Assembly: GCA_965203905.1 (NCBI GenBank)
Contig: CBDBDQ010000005.1
Span: 4,576,001-4,640,000 of the forward strand
Length of the DNA stretch: 64,000 bases
Direction: 5' to 3'
DNA from: Spirochaetia bacterium
GTDB lineage: Bacteria > Spirochaetota > Spirochaetia > SZUA-6 > Bin103
Part shown: positions 50,912 to 60,281 of the stretch, piece by piece
How the letters are laid out: each line of letters opens with the position of its first letter
How positions within the stretch are numbered: position 1 is the first letter of the stretch
Translations under genes and position numbers: made by a program
The notes under the pieces: model-generated
What the model saw: only the letters and a program-made list of their open reading frames with translations
The model's database searches: none
Told to the model about the DNA's origin: nothing

Positions 50912-51569
50912 CTTGACACTCGGCGTCGATCACCACCTTCAGCTCCCAGCGGCCCTCGCCCAGCGCGCGCATGCGATCGGCCGGCGGCGCCAGCTCGGGA
51001 GCCACCCCGGCCAACAACTGCTTCACCTCGCGGGTGCTCTTGCCGCTCGCCTGCTCCACCAGCTCCTGCCGCTGCGCCGCGTCCAGCGCCGGCACCGGTC
51101 GCGCCGGCGCCGCTGCCCCGGCCCCCAAAGCCCCCGCCTCCGGCGCCGGCCCCGTGCCGCCCGGCAGCAGCTTCGGTGCCTCGGGCGGCGAGCCGCAGTC
51201 GGTGGCGGCGGTGGCCGTGCGCTGCAGGAGATCGAAGGTGTTCTGCAACTGCGCCGCCGCGCTCAGGGAGAGCGAGCCGTCCTGCAGCCGCTCGCGTGAC
51301 CCGGCGGTATCGGAGCACAGGCGCATGGCTTTGATACGGCGCCACGCGGCACCCTCGCTGTAGCCCAGCTCGCGCACGGCGTAGTCGAACAGGCTGGAGA
51401 ACCCGAGGCGCAGGTGCAGGTGGCGGGCGTGGATCTCGCGCAGGTGGTCGAGGACGGCGAGCTGCAGCGCCTGCTCGTGCAGGACGAGGGACCTGGTATG
51501 CGCCAGCAGCACCTGGTCGGGGAGCCCGGAGAGCGAGGAGGAGAAGCTGGTAGGGGTCGCGTAAGACAT
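50912..51569 (-). pseudogene. N-terminal part of an HNH endonuclease-family (DUF222-like) gene, truncated
   Basis: LLAHTRSLV...LDHLREI..R.LHL.LGFSSLFDYAVRELGYSEGAAWRRIKAMRL resembles the N-terminus of a widespread HNH-associated family. Similarity stops at IDAECQ, where SBP sequence begins. Confidence 0.75.
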
Positions 51570-52104
51570 GGCGTAAATATAAGCATGGAAGAGAAATAGC
51601 CTGCTGCGGCAAGGCTCGGACCGGCACCTGGAAGGGCTCAGGCCGGCGCTGGCGGGGTGCTGACGGGCCTGGTGGGCGTGGCGGGATGTTCGCAGGGTCG
51701 GAAGGGCCGGAACGTGCGGTAGCGGGCCGTGACGAGCAGCGCCAAACCCGTCAAGTGCTCAGCGCACTTTTTGGCACCTTTGCAGAATCCTGCACCGCGG
51801 CGTCGAGGTAGAAGCAACCCATCGTAGAGACCGGCGATGCGGGAGGCGGATACCCGCTTATTCCTGGACACCTCGTACAGCGATCTAACCACGCACCCTT
51901 AAGACGGCGATCTGACAGGCGCCGGGGGCAATCACCGCCGCTCGGCCACTACTGCCAGAACATCCCTTGCCCACACGGGATTCAGACGTCGCTGAGCATG
52001 GGATGGCCCGGGGGGGAACTGGGGCGAGCGGAGAGTAACCAGGCCGCTGCTGAGGCGCTGGCGGCTGGCCGCGAGCGGTGGGGCTCGGCATAATCGACCG
52101 TACC

Positions 52105-52902
52105 ATGCTGACCGACCGACAGCTCCGGCACTACCGCACCTTCGGTTTCGTGGTGCTGCGCAACCTGTTCAGCGCGGACGAGGTGGCGACCCTGCGCGCG
52201 GAGTACGAGGCGGAGCTCGGCCTGGTGTACGCCGACCGGCCCTTCACCGGCGAGACCCGCTACTGGACCACCATGCTGCATCCGCGCACGCCGCTGTTCG
52301 CCGGGCTGTTGGAGGACGAGCGGTTCTGCTCCGTGGCGGAGCAGCTCTACGGGCCCGACGTCATCGGCATCTGCACCGACGCCAACCGCTACGTCGGCGA
52401 CACCCGCTGGCACCCGGACCACGCCGCGGACCCGGACGAGGACTGCTTCGGCGTGAAGTTCGCCTTCTATCTCGACCCGGTGGGAGCGGACACGGGGGCC
52501 CTGCGGTTGATCCCTGGCTCTCACAACCGCGCCTTCCACGAGCAGGTGCGGGACTCGCTGCCGGCCCTGGACCTCTCGGTCGTGGAGGTGCCGGCCTGCG
52601 TGTGCGCCTCCGATCCGGGCGACGTGGTGGCGTTCGACATGCGCTGCTGGCATGCCAGCCACGGCGGCGCCGACGGCCGCCGCATGGCGACCTGCGTCTA
52701 CTACAACAACCCCAAGGGAGAGAAAGAAGAAGCCGCCACGCGCCGCCGCGCCCGCATAGCCCGCGAAACCCCGGACCGGTTCGGCCGCCCCGGACAGCAG
52801 ATGTATCCGGCCGAGTGGCTGGCCAACCCCGACGCCAGTTCACGTCGTGAACGCTGGCTGCGCCGGATGGCCGAGTTCGGCTACTTCGAGCTGTCGGCGT
52901 AG
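52105..52902 (+). CDS. PhyH-family Fe/2OG oxygenase
   Basis: WHPD, GALRLIPGSH, WHAS.GG...RR. Confidence 0.9.
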   Translation: MLTDRQLRHYRTFGFVVLRNLFSADEVATLRAEYEAELGLVYADRPFTGETRYWTTMLHPRTPLFAGLLEDERFCSVAEQLYGPDVIGICTDANRYVGDTRWHPDHAADPDEDCFGVKFAFYLDPVGADTGALRLIPGSHNRAFHEQVRDSLPALDLSVVEVPACVCASDPGDVVAFDMRCWHASHGGADGRRMATCVYYNNPKGEKEEAATRRRARIARETPDRFGRPGQQMYPAEWLANPDASSRRERWLRRMAEFGYFELSA

Positions 52903-52991
52903 CGCGCCCGCCGCCGCGCGCGCCCGAACTTATACGGTGGTCCCGGTCGCAACCGTCTCTGTGATGGGTGGCGGTCAGACGCGATGTCGTA

Positions 52992-53315
52992 GTGCGAGTG
53001 ACCCGAAACGACATCGATGCCGTCGCTGCACGCATCGGTGCGGAGTTCCTGCCCGAGAAAGTGATTCTGTTCGGATCTTACGCCTTCGGTACGCCCGCTC
53101 CAGATTCGGATGTCGATCTGCTGGTGATCATGGAGCATCAGGGCAGCGGCATGTCGCAAGCTCTGGAGATCGTCCGCCGCGTCAAATCAAGGATCCCCAT
53201 CGATCTTGTCGTGAGGACTCCGCGGGAGATCCGCCAGCGCTTGGCCTGGAACGATTTTTTCCTCAAGGAAGTGATACGACGGGGGGAAGTGCTCTATGAA
53301 TCCACTCACGCTTGA
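52992..53315 (+). CDS. Minimal nucleotidyltransferase (MntA-like antitoxin)
   Basis: VILFGSYA.G....DSDVDLLVI, IDLVV.TP, G.VLYE. Confidence 0.9.
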   Translation: MRVTRNDIDAVAARIGAEFLPEKVILFGSYAFGTPAPDSDVDLLVIMEHQGSGMSQALEIVRRVKSRIPIDLVVRTPREIRQRLAWNDFFLKEVIRRGEVLYESTHA

Positions 53316-53350
53316 GTGGATTCAGAAGGCCGAGGGGCGACTTCGCTGCT
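53296..53350 (+). pseudogene. HEPN toxin 5' stub
   Basis: MNPLTLEWIQKAEG(DF) overlaps the MNT stop. An extra G shifts the frame, and the convergent gene ends at 53353. Confidence 0.65.
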
Positions 53351-53352
53351 GG

Positions 53353-54147
53353 TCAGAAGCCGGCCAGGTTCTCCCGGAGGTAGGCTGCCGCGAGGCGGAT
53401 CTGCTCGACGCGGTCCGGATGCTTGCCCTCGTAGACGATGGAGATGCAGCCATTGTAGCGGGCGGCCTTGATGAGTGCGACGATGCGCTCGTAGTCGAGC
53501 CACTCCTCGGTGCCGCTCTCGATGCGATAGAACTTGGTGCGGATGTAGGAGGCATGGCCGATGGTCTGCTCCATGTAGGCGTAGAAGTCGTGCCGGGGGT
53601 CGGTTTCTCCAATCGGCACCGAGCCCGGCGAGCCCAGCCACTGGCCGGTATCCATGATGAAGTTGAAGTTGTCCCGGTCGACCTCGCGGCGGATGCGCAG
53701 CATCTCCTCGCCCGTCGACGGGTGATTCTGCAGGCCGATGGCCACGCCCTGCGCCGCGGCATAGTCCGCCACCTCCCGGTAGCCGGCGATCATCGGCGGC
53801 CAGGTGTCCTCGCCGTCGCCGTTCTGCTCCGGGACCGAGGAGCAGAACATGCGGATCAGGGGGGAGCCCAGGAACGCGGCCAGGTCGACCGCCCGTTTCG
53901 AGTCGGCGGCATGCTCGCGGCGCTCTTCGGCGGTCCCGTGGAACAGCCCGCTGACGCCGATGTAACCGAGCGGCAGGCCGTAGCGGAGACACAGCAGCTT
54001 GATGGTGGTGAGGTAGGCGGGGTCGGTCGACAGGAACGCCTGCGCGTGAAAGTCGACCACGTCCAGCCGCAGGTCGTAGCAGATCCTGATGAAGTCCTCG
54101 ACGCTGGTGTCGCGGAGACTGAGGAAATTGCAGCCCAGCTTGATCAT
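53353..54147 (-). CDS. Sugar phosphate isomerase/epimerase (xylose-isomerase-like TIM barrel)
   Basis: LQNH, DTGQW, LDYERI...YNG.ISIVYEG. Confidence 0.85.
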   Translation of the reverse strand: MIKLGCNFLSLRDTSVEDFIRICYDLRLDVVDFHAQAFLSTDPAYLTTIKLLCLRYGLPLGYIGVSGLFHGTAEERREHAADSKRAVDLAAFLGSPLIRMFCSSVPEQNGDGEDTWPPMIAGYREVADYAAAQGVAIGLQNHPSTGEEMLRIRREVDRDNFNFIMDTGQWLGSPGSVPIGETDPRHDFYAYMEQTIGHASYIRTKFYRIESGTEEWLDYERIVALIKAARYNGCISIVYEGKHPDRVEQIRLAAAYLRENLAGF

Positions 54148-54238
54148 CCGTTACTCCTGTCGGCGCGCATCGCAGCAGCGGCAGGCCCAGTATAGTGGAG
54201 CGGCGCGCGTGCCGTATATGCTGGCGCGGGGAGGCGCG

Positions 54239-55084
54239 GTGATCATCGACAGCCATCTGCACGTCTGGAGCGACGACCCGGTGCGCTATCCGTGGGCGGG
54301 GGAGGGCACCACCGAGGCCGGCACGGTGGAGCTGCTGCTGGAGACCATGGCCAAGCACGGCGTGCACAAGGCGTGCATCGTGCAGCCGATCCACTACCTG
54401 TTCGACAACCGTTACGTCGCCGACTGCCTGGCCCGCTATCCCACGACGTTCTCCGGCATCGCGCTCATGGACCGGCGGGCGCCGGATGCGGTGGAGCAAC
54501 TGGAGCGGCTGGTCGGGGAACACGGCTTCGAGGGGCTGCGCATGCACCTGGGCCGGGCCGACGACCCGGCGGAGTGGGCGGCGCCCGACCAGGACCCGAT
54601 CTGGCGCAAGGCCGAGGAGCTGGGCGCCTGCATGCTGAGCCTGGGTCCCGCGGAGCAGCAGCCGGCGCTGGCGCCGATCGTCGCCCGCCACCCCGGGGTC
54701 AAGGTGATCCTCGATCACCTCGGCGGCGCCCCGGTGCATGAAGAGCCGCCCTTTCCGTTGCTGCGCAAGGTCCTCGACCTGGCGCGCTACCCCAACGTCT
54801 ACGTCAAGTTCACGCCACGGGTGGGAGCCGGCACCGACATCTACCCGTTCCCCGACCAGCACGCGGTATACCAGCGCATCTACGACGCCTTCGGTTTCCA
54901 GCGCCTGATGTGGGGCACCGACTTCCCGCACATCTTCCGCAACATCGGCTATCGCGCGGGCCTGGACCTGTTTCGCCGCCACATGAGGTTTCTCAACGAA
55001 GAGGACAAGCAGTGGCTGTTCGCCAAGACGGCGTTGAGCATCTGGAAGTTCGGCGCCACGGAGGAGGTCGCCGGAGGCCGTTGA
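54239..55084 (+). CDS. Amidohydrolase_2 family protein (lactonase-like)
   Basis: IIDSHLHVW, ILDHLG, RLMWGTDFP. Confidence 0.9.
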   Translation: MIIDSHLHVWSDDPVRYPWAGEGTTEAGTVELLLETMAKHGVHKACIVQPIHYLFDNRYVADCLARYPTTFSGIALMDRRAPDAVEQLERLVGEHGFEGLRMHLGRADDPAEWAAPDQDPIWRKAEELGACMLSLGPAEQQPALAPIVARHPGVKVILDHLGGAPVHEEPPFPLLRKVLDLARYPNVYVKFTPRVGAGTDIYPFPDQHAVYQRIYDAFGFQRLMWGTDFPHIFRNIGYRAGLDLFRRHMRFLNEEDKQWLFAKTALSIWKFGATEEVAGGR

Positions 55085-55108
55085 CGTGGCAGGCGGTGGA
55101 GCGCGGAG

Positions 55109-55705
55109 TCAGCCGGATTCGGCCACCGCCTGCTCCACGGCGCGGGTGAAGGCCTCGACTTCCCGCGCCGAGGTCAGCCGCACGAAGCGGACGTGGGACC
55201 AGCGCGGGTCGGTGTGCAGCGCCAGCGTGTGGTTGCGCTTGCGCGCATGCTGGGTGACGAGCCAGGTGAGCAGGGAGTCCTGGCGCCAGATCATGAACTG
55301 GGGCCAGAACCGTTCCTGGTTCGTTCCCCACAACAGCTCCTTGGAACGCCAGCGCTGCCAGGTGCGGCGCAGTATCCGCCAGAGCATCAGCGGCATCGGG
55401 AGGTCGAGCCAGACGACGGCCTCCAGGCGATCCCAGAAGCAACGCTGTGAATGGCTCATGTAGGAACCGGCAACGACCCAGCGCTCGCCGCGCGTCGCGG
55501 CGCGGAAACGGCGGTCGAGCTCCTGCGGATCCCTGTCATGCACGGCGACCCATCCCGGCTCCCAGTTGAGCGCGTCCAGTTCCACGAACGCCGCGTCGAG
55601 CACCTTCGCCAATCGCGCGGCCAGCGTGGTCTTGCCGGATCCGGTATTGCCCAGCACGTGAATGCGGCGACCGATCGGCGACGCCGGCTCGTGTTCGCTC
55701 GTCAT
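55109..55705 (-). CDS. Adenylate-kinase-like P-loop protein (FlaR-like)
   Basis: GNTGSGKTT, ELDAL.W.PGW, VWLDLP. Confidence 0.85.
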   Translation of the reverse strand: MTSEHEPASPIGRRIHVLGNTGSGKTTLAARLAKVLDAAFVELDALNWEPGWVAVHDRDPQELDRRFRAATRGERWVVAGSYMSHSQRCFWDRLEAVVWLDLPMPLMLWRILRRTWQRWRSKELLWGTNQERFWPQFMIWRQDSLLTWLVTQHARKRNHTLALHTDPRWSHVRFVRLTSAREVEAFTRAVEQAVAESG

Positions 55706-56205
55706 GCCTGCGCGCCGTAGTTCGCCTTGACCAGGGTGGCGAGCTCTGCAACCCGCTCCCGGGAGACGACTGCTTTTCGGACCGTCTCCGCGGCACGTGG
55801 CTGGAGTACCGAGATGTGTGGTGGACCAGGCCCCCAATCACTCGACTGCCGGCGCGGGACGACGTGAATGTGGAAGTGCGGCACCTCTTGCAGACTGGTC
55901 ACGCCGTTGTTCTGGTAAACCGTGATGCCATCTGGATTGAACGTAGTTGTCAGGGCGCTGGCGGCGCTCCGCACCTTGTTCATGACTTCGATGGCTTCAG
56001 CATCGGTCAGATCCAGAATCGTCGGCGCATGCCGGCGAGGAATGATGAGAAGCTGGCCGACTTCGAACTGTCTTGGGTTGATGAACGTGAGCGTAGTGTC
56101 GGTCGCATCGACGATGTGCCTGGTTTCGCGATGCCCGGCGGCCAGTTCACAGAATGGACATGGCACCCGTGTCGGCAACTGGAATGGCGCGATGCTCCGA
56201 CTCAT
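55702..56205 (-). CDS. HIT family protein
   Basis: CPFC, IPRRH, QNNG...QEVPHFHIHVVPR histidine triad. Confidence 0.92.
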   Translation of the reverse strand: MSRSIAPFQLPTRVPCPFCELAAGHRETRHIVDATDTTLTFINPRQFEVGQLLIIPRRHAPTILDLTDAEAIEVMNKVRSAASALTTTFNPDGITVYQNNGVTSLQEVPHFHIHVVPRRQSSDWGPGPPHISVLQPRAAETVRKAVVSRERVAELATLVKANYGAQA

Positions 56206-56493
56206 CATACGGAATCTAATGCGCATTTGATCGCAGGAGAAGTAGGACGGTTGGGTTGGCCGCTCTACTTGACCGACTTGGCCGCGCTTGCCTACCGTGG
56301 ACCAAGCGTACTGGCACACGACGGAGTGGTCGGCGGCACCTGCAAGTGCACGTCTCGAAAGATGGCACCGGTCGCGCTGAAGTTGCGGTCACGCTACGCG
56401 GCGCGTGGAACCGAGACACCGCCCCGAGCGGCTGCCGTGAACCCGGCGTCGCTCGGTATCGGGCTACCAAGCGCCGGCGGGGGGAGAGTGACC

Positions 56494-58116
56494 GTGGATC
56501 CAACTGAGCTACTGATCGGCGACGAAGCACAGTACTTCTTCGACGACGCGATCATCGAAACACTGGTCAGCCTCAAGCGTACGATCCACAGTCCCGAGCG
56601 GCATCCAGGCAACCCCATCATTCAGTCGGACCGGCCGTGGGAGCAGATTACCTACGCTTCCTGCAACGGCGGCCAATTCTGGCGCGACGCGGCTACCGGG
56701 CAGTTTCACTGTCTGTACACCAACTTCAAGTTTGACCGCGATCGCTATGCCCGGCAGGGGGGAAGTATTCACAGTCCTGATGTCGCCGTTATGAGCACGT
56801 TGTACGCCTGCTCCGAGGACGGCCACGTGTGGCAGAAGCCGGCACTGGGGATTCATCGCGAGGGGGGCGAAGACACCAATACCGTACTTGGGAGCGCGGC
56901 AACCGGTGGAGTCTATGACTTGGCGCTGCTCGACGATCCATTCGCGGGTAGGCCCGAGCAGCGCTACAAGGCGCTGTACACGTACGTTTCACCGGCCGGA
57001 CTCGCCGGCCACCCCGCCGTAAGGGCGGCCACCTCGGGCGACGGGATTCACTGGACGACTGTGGACCGACCACTGAACTTCGGAAAGGCGCGTAGCGGGC
57101 TCGGGGACGTGCTGATCCTGAGCTGCGATCCGGACTCGCGTACCTATCTGTGCTTCACCCGCCATGGCAACATGGGGTTCGCCCCGAGAGATGTGCCGGA
57201 AGTCCAGTTGCCGGCACTGGGCACGCCACGATTCGACGTACGGTTGGGAGCCGAGAACCGGCGTGCCCGGCGGCGCATTTTCCTCGCCGAAAGTCACGAC
57301 TTCGTGAATTGGACCGTTCCCCGCGTAGTCCTTGCTCCTATTCCGGAACTGGACAACGTGGATGTCGGTTTCTACGGTATGGCACCGTTCAAAGTCGGTG
57401 GCCAGTGGATTGGGTTTCTCAACGTACTGCACATGGTCGATAACACGATGAACGTCGAGTTGGCGCACAGCAGGGACGGTCGGAACTGGCGCCGGCTGGC
57501 ACCGACGCATTCCTGGCTGGAGTGTGGCTCGGCGGGTAGCTGGGAGCAGTTCATGGTGACGGTTTCGAGCACGCCCATTGATGTAGGCAAGCAAACCTTC
57601 GTGTACTACGGCGGCGCCCGGAACCATCACGATTGGTGGTTCGCCGGCACCCGCGAGAACCGCGACAATCCGCGATTGTGGGATCATGCGCCCGAGGTAG
57701 CGAACATGGACGCCGTGAGCTACGGGCTCGGTCTCGCGAAGATTAGGCAGGGCGGCTTTGTGTCGCTGGGAGCCAACCGCGCACGCGAGGGCTTCCTGGT
57801 CACGCAACCGCTGCTGTCACGCGGCGACCGCCTCGAGATCAACGCTTGTTGCGGTCCTGACGGCTACGTGATCGCCGAAGTAACCGACGTGATGCACAAC
57901 GCGCTCCCGGGACGCCTGCGGACGGAGTGTGACCCGTTTCTTGGTGACTCGGTGGCGCACCAGATCACGTGGCAGGGAGATCCTGACATCCCTATGCCGG
58001 ACGCCACAGGAATGCGCGAAGGTATTGCCTATCGCAGGGTACGTTTCTTTGTCCGCGACGCAGAGTTGTACAGCTTTCGACTTGCCGGAGGCCATGACGG
58101 GCGCCGGCAGCAGTGA
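56494..58116 (+). CDS. Five-bladed beta-propeller protein (GH32/GH43/GH130-like fold), paralogue 1
   Basis: Repeated S.DG..W Asp-box-like motifs (SEDGHVW, SGDGIHW, SHDFVNW, SRDGRNW), NP.I..DRPWE, YYGG. Start uncertain. Confidence 0.7.
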   Translation: MDPTELLIGDEAQYFFDDAIIETLVSLKRTIHSPERHPGNPIIQSDRPWEQITYASCNGGQFWRDAATGQFHCLYTNFKFDRDRYARQGGSIHSPDVAVMSTLYACSEDGHVWQKPALGIHREGGEDTNTVLGSAATGGVYDLALLDDPFAGRPEQRYKALYTYVSPAGLAGHPAVRAATSGDGIHWTTVDRPLNFGKARSGLGDVLILSCDPDSRTYLCFTRHGNMGFAPRDVPEVQLPALGTPRFDVRLGAENRRARRRIFLAESHDFVNWTVPRVVLAPIPELDNVDVGFYGMAPFKVGGQWIGFLNVLHMVDNTMNVELAHSRDGRNWRRLAPTHSWLECGSAGSWEQFMVTVSSTPIDVGKQTFVYYGGARNHHDWWFAGTRENRDNPRLWDHAPEVANMDAVSYGLGLAKIRQGGFVSLGANRAREGFLVTQPLLSRGDRLEINACCGPDGYVIAEVTDVMHNALPGRLRTECDPFLGDSVAHQITWQGDPDIPMPDATGMREGIAYRRVRFFVRDAELYSFRLAGGHDGRRQQ

Positions 58117-58206
58117 CGATTCCCGGGTCCCGGCTTTGCTCGCCTGCTCTCGTCTGGCGGAGACTACGGTGCGCGATCGGCCTGGAGCACCTCATGGAAC
58201 GTCAAT

Positions 58207-58235
58207 TTGACAGGCTGGTAGCAAGCGGTTAGGCT
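58207..58235 (+). promoter_or_regulatory. Sigma70-type promoter for the SBP operon
   Basis: TTGACA-N17-TAGGCT; the -35 overlaps the palindrome GTCAA-T-TTGAC. Confidence 0.65.
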
Positions 58236-58279
58236 GCTGGATTGACCCGACAACATCACCAGGAAACCGGAGGCAACTC

Positions 58280-60241
58280 ATGAGACACGGTATTCGAATC
58301 GTTACAGGCGCTGCAGCGTTCCTGCTGGCAATCGCGGCGTACGCCGGAGGCACCGGTGAGGGGGCCGTGACAACTGACGCCGCCGAGCCCTCGGCAGCTT
58401 CCACGGGGCGCTACCAGGAAGCACCGATGCTGCAGGCACTGGTGCAGGCGGGCGAGCTGCCGCCGGTGGCCGAACGACTGCCGCCGGAGCCGCTGGTGGT
58501 GCAGCCCTATGCCGGGATCGGGAAGTACGGCGGCACGCTCACCACCGGTGACACCAGGCCGGGCGGATTCGGAGTCGACACCCGTCCGCTGTACGAGACG
58601 TTCTTCAAGCAGCACTTTCCGAATTACAGCGACGTCAGTCCCAACCTTGCCACCGGCTTTGCGTTCTCCGGCGGTGCCAGCGCCATTACCGTCACGCTGC
58701 GTGAGGGCGTGCGCTGGTCGGACGGTACGCCGTTCACCGCGGACGACGTCGTGTTCTACTACGAAGCCGAGTTCACCAACGAAACGCTGATGCCAGTAAA
58801 GAAGGCGATGTGGGTCGCGGGCGGTCATCCCATGACCATGGAGAAGGTGGATGATCTCACGTTCCGGATCGGCTGGCCGGTGGCGAACGGCATCGTCCGC
58901 TCCTACCTCGGTGGGTCGCACGCGCGCCAGGGGCTGTTCTACATGCCGCGCCACTATGTCAGCACGTTTCACATCGACTACAACGCCGACGCCAACTCCC
59001 TGGCCAAGGAGGAGGGCTTCGAGACCTGGGACAAGCTGTTCAACTTCAAGAAGCTGCCGCGTAACGGCGGCCCGACGGTCTCCGCCTACGTCCTGGAGGA
59101 GTCCTCGGCCGAGAAAGCCGTCGCGGTGCGCAATCCCTACTACTGGAAGGTGGATACTGCCGGCAACCAGTTGCCCTACATCGACCGCTGGGTGGAGAAG
59201 GAGTTCGCCAACCCGGAAACGCGTACGGTGGCGTTGATCGCCGGCGATCTGGACTTCGGCGCCGGCTTGAACGACTTGGCGAACATGCCGCTCTACCGCC
59301 AGAACGAACAGCAGGGCGGCTATCGTACGCTACTCTATCCCACCGACAAGAACGGCGGGGTGTACGCCCTGAACGAGACCTACAACGGTGAACACGCGGA
59401 AGTGCTGCGGCCGCTGTTCCGCGACCGGCAGTTCCGCCGCGCGCTGTCGCTGGCGATCAACCGCGACGAGGTCAACCAGCTCGTATACCTGGGACTGGCG
59501 CGGCCATCGCAGGCCACCGTGCTGCCGTCGGTCAGCTTCTACGAGCAGCGCTGGGGCGACAACTACGCCGCCTACGACCCCGCTCAGGCGAACGCGATGC
59601 TGGATGAAATCGGGCTGGACCAGCGCGACGGTGACGGGTTCCGTCTGCTTCCGAACGGCGAGCCGCTGTTCCTCCTCATCGAGTCGTGCGATGCCTGCGG
59701 CGTGCCGGTGAAGGTGCACGAGCTGGTCACCCAGTACTGGCGCGAGGTTGGCGTCAAGACCGATCTCAAGATGCTGCAGAAGGCGCGCTACGACCAGCGC
59801 ACCCGCGAAGGGCTGGTGCAGGTGACCGCGCACCAGGCCTCCGGCATGGATGAACCGACGGTGTGGTGGCGCACCATCGCCTCCGGCTACATGTTCGGTT
59901 CGCCGCACCGGCTGCTCACCTACGGGCACGAGTACACCCGCTGGCGCAACAGCAACGGGGCCCAGGGCGAGGCGCCGCCGGAGTCGTTCCAGAAGGTGTT
60001 CGATCTCCTCGAGCAGTGGCGCACCGTCGAGTACGGCTCCGCCGACTACGAGCGGCTGGGTCGCGAGCTGTTCGAGTTGCACTACGAGAATCTGTGGATG
60101 ATCGGAACCGTGCAACAGCCACCGCATCCGATCATCGTTTCCAACAAGCTGCGCAACGTTCCGGTGGACGAGGACGGGATCTGGGCGGTAGGCCCCATCT
60201 GGGTACAGGCGCTGCTCCAGGATCAATGGTACTTCGAATAG
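58280..60241 (+). CDS. Family-5 ABC substrate-binding protein
   Basis: EAPML...GELPPV.ERLP.EP, LREGVRWSDG.PFTADD, RNPYYWKVD.AGNQLPYID; GGAGG RBS. Confidence 0.93.
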   Translation: MRHGIRIVTGAAAFLLAIAAYAGGTGEGAVTTDAAEPSAASTGRYQEAPMLQALVQAGELPPVAERLPPEPLVVQPYAGIGKYGGTLTTGDTRPGGFGVDTRPLYETFFKQHFPNYSDVSPNLATGFAFSGGASAITVTLREGVRWSDGTPFTADDVVFYYEAEFTNETLMPVKKAMWVAGGHPMTMEKVDDLTFRIGWPVANGIVRSYLGGSHARQGLFYMPRHYVSTFHIDYNADANSLAKEEGFETWDKLFNFKKLPRNGGPTVSAYVLEESSAEKAVAVRNPYYWKVDTAGNQLPYIDRWVEKEFANPETRTVALIAGDLDFGAGLNDLANMPLYRQNEQQGGYRTLLYPTDKNGGVYALNETYNGEHAEVLRPLFRDRQFRRALSLAINRDEVNQLVYLGLARPSQATVLPSVSFYEQRWGDNYAAYDPAQANAMLDEIGLDQRDGDGFRLLPNGEPLFLLIESCDACGVPVKVHELVTQYWREVGVKTDLKMLQKARYDQRTREGLVQVTAHQASGMDEPTVWWRTIASGYMFGSPHRLLTYGHEYTRWRNSNGAQGEAPPESFQKVFDLLEQWRTVEYGSADYERLGRELFELHYENLWMIGTVQQPPHPIIVSNKLRNVPVDEDGIWAVGPIWVQALLQDQWYFE

Positions 60242-60281
60242 CGTAGCGGCAATCCCGCCACGTAATGGCGGGCGATTGAGA

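Noticed and set aside
51771-51784. TTGGCAC...TTGC resembling a sigma54 promoter
   Set aside because: Spacing between the GG and GC elements is too short for the -24/-12 consensus.
51837-51902. Mini-ORF MREADTRLFLDTSY resembling a PIN-toxin start
   Set aside because: Only a six-residue resemblance in a 21-codon ORF; too weak to call.
53296-54195. 299-aa ORF beginning with the HEPN-like start
   Set aside because: Beyond about codon 16 it is the antisense of the isomerase gene.
55816-56493. N-terminal extension making the first propeller ORF 766 aa
   Set aside because: Overlaps the HIT gene on the opposite strand; similarity to the paralogue begins near 56494.
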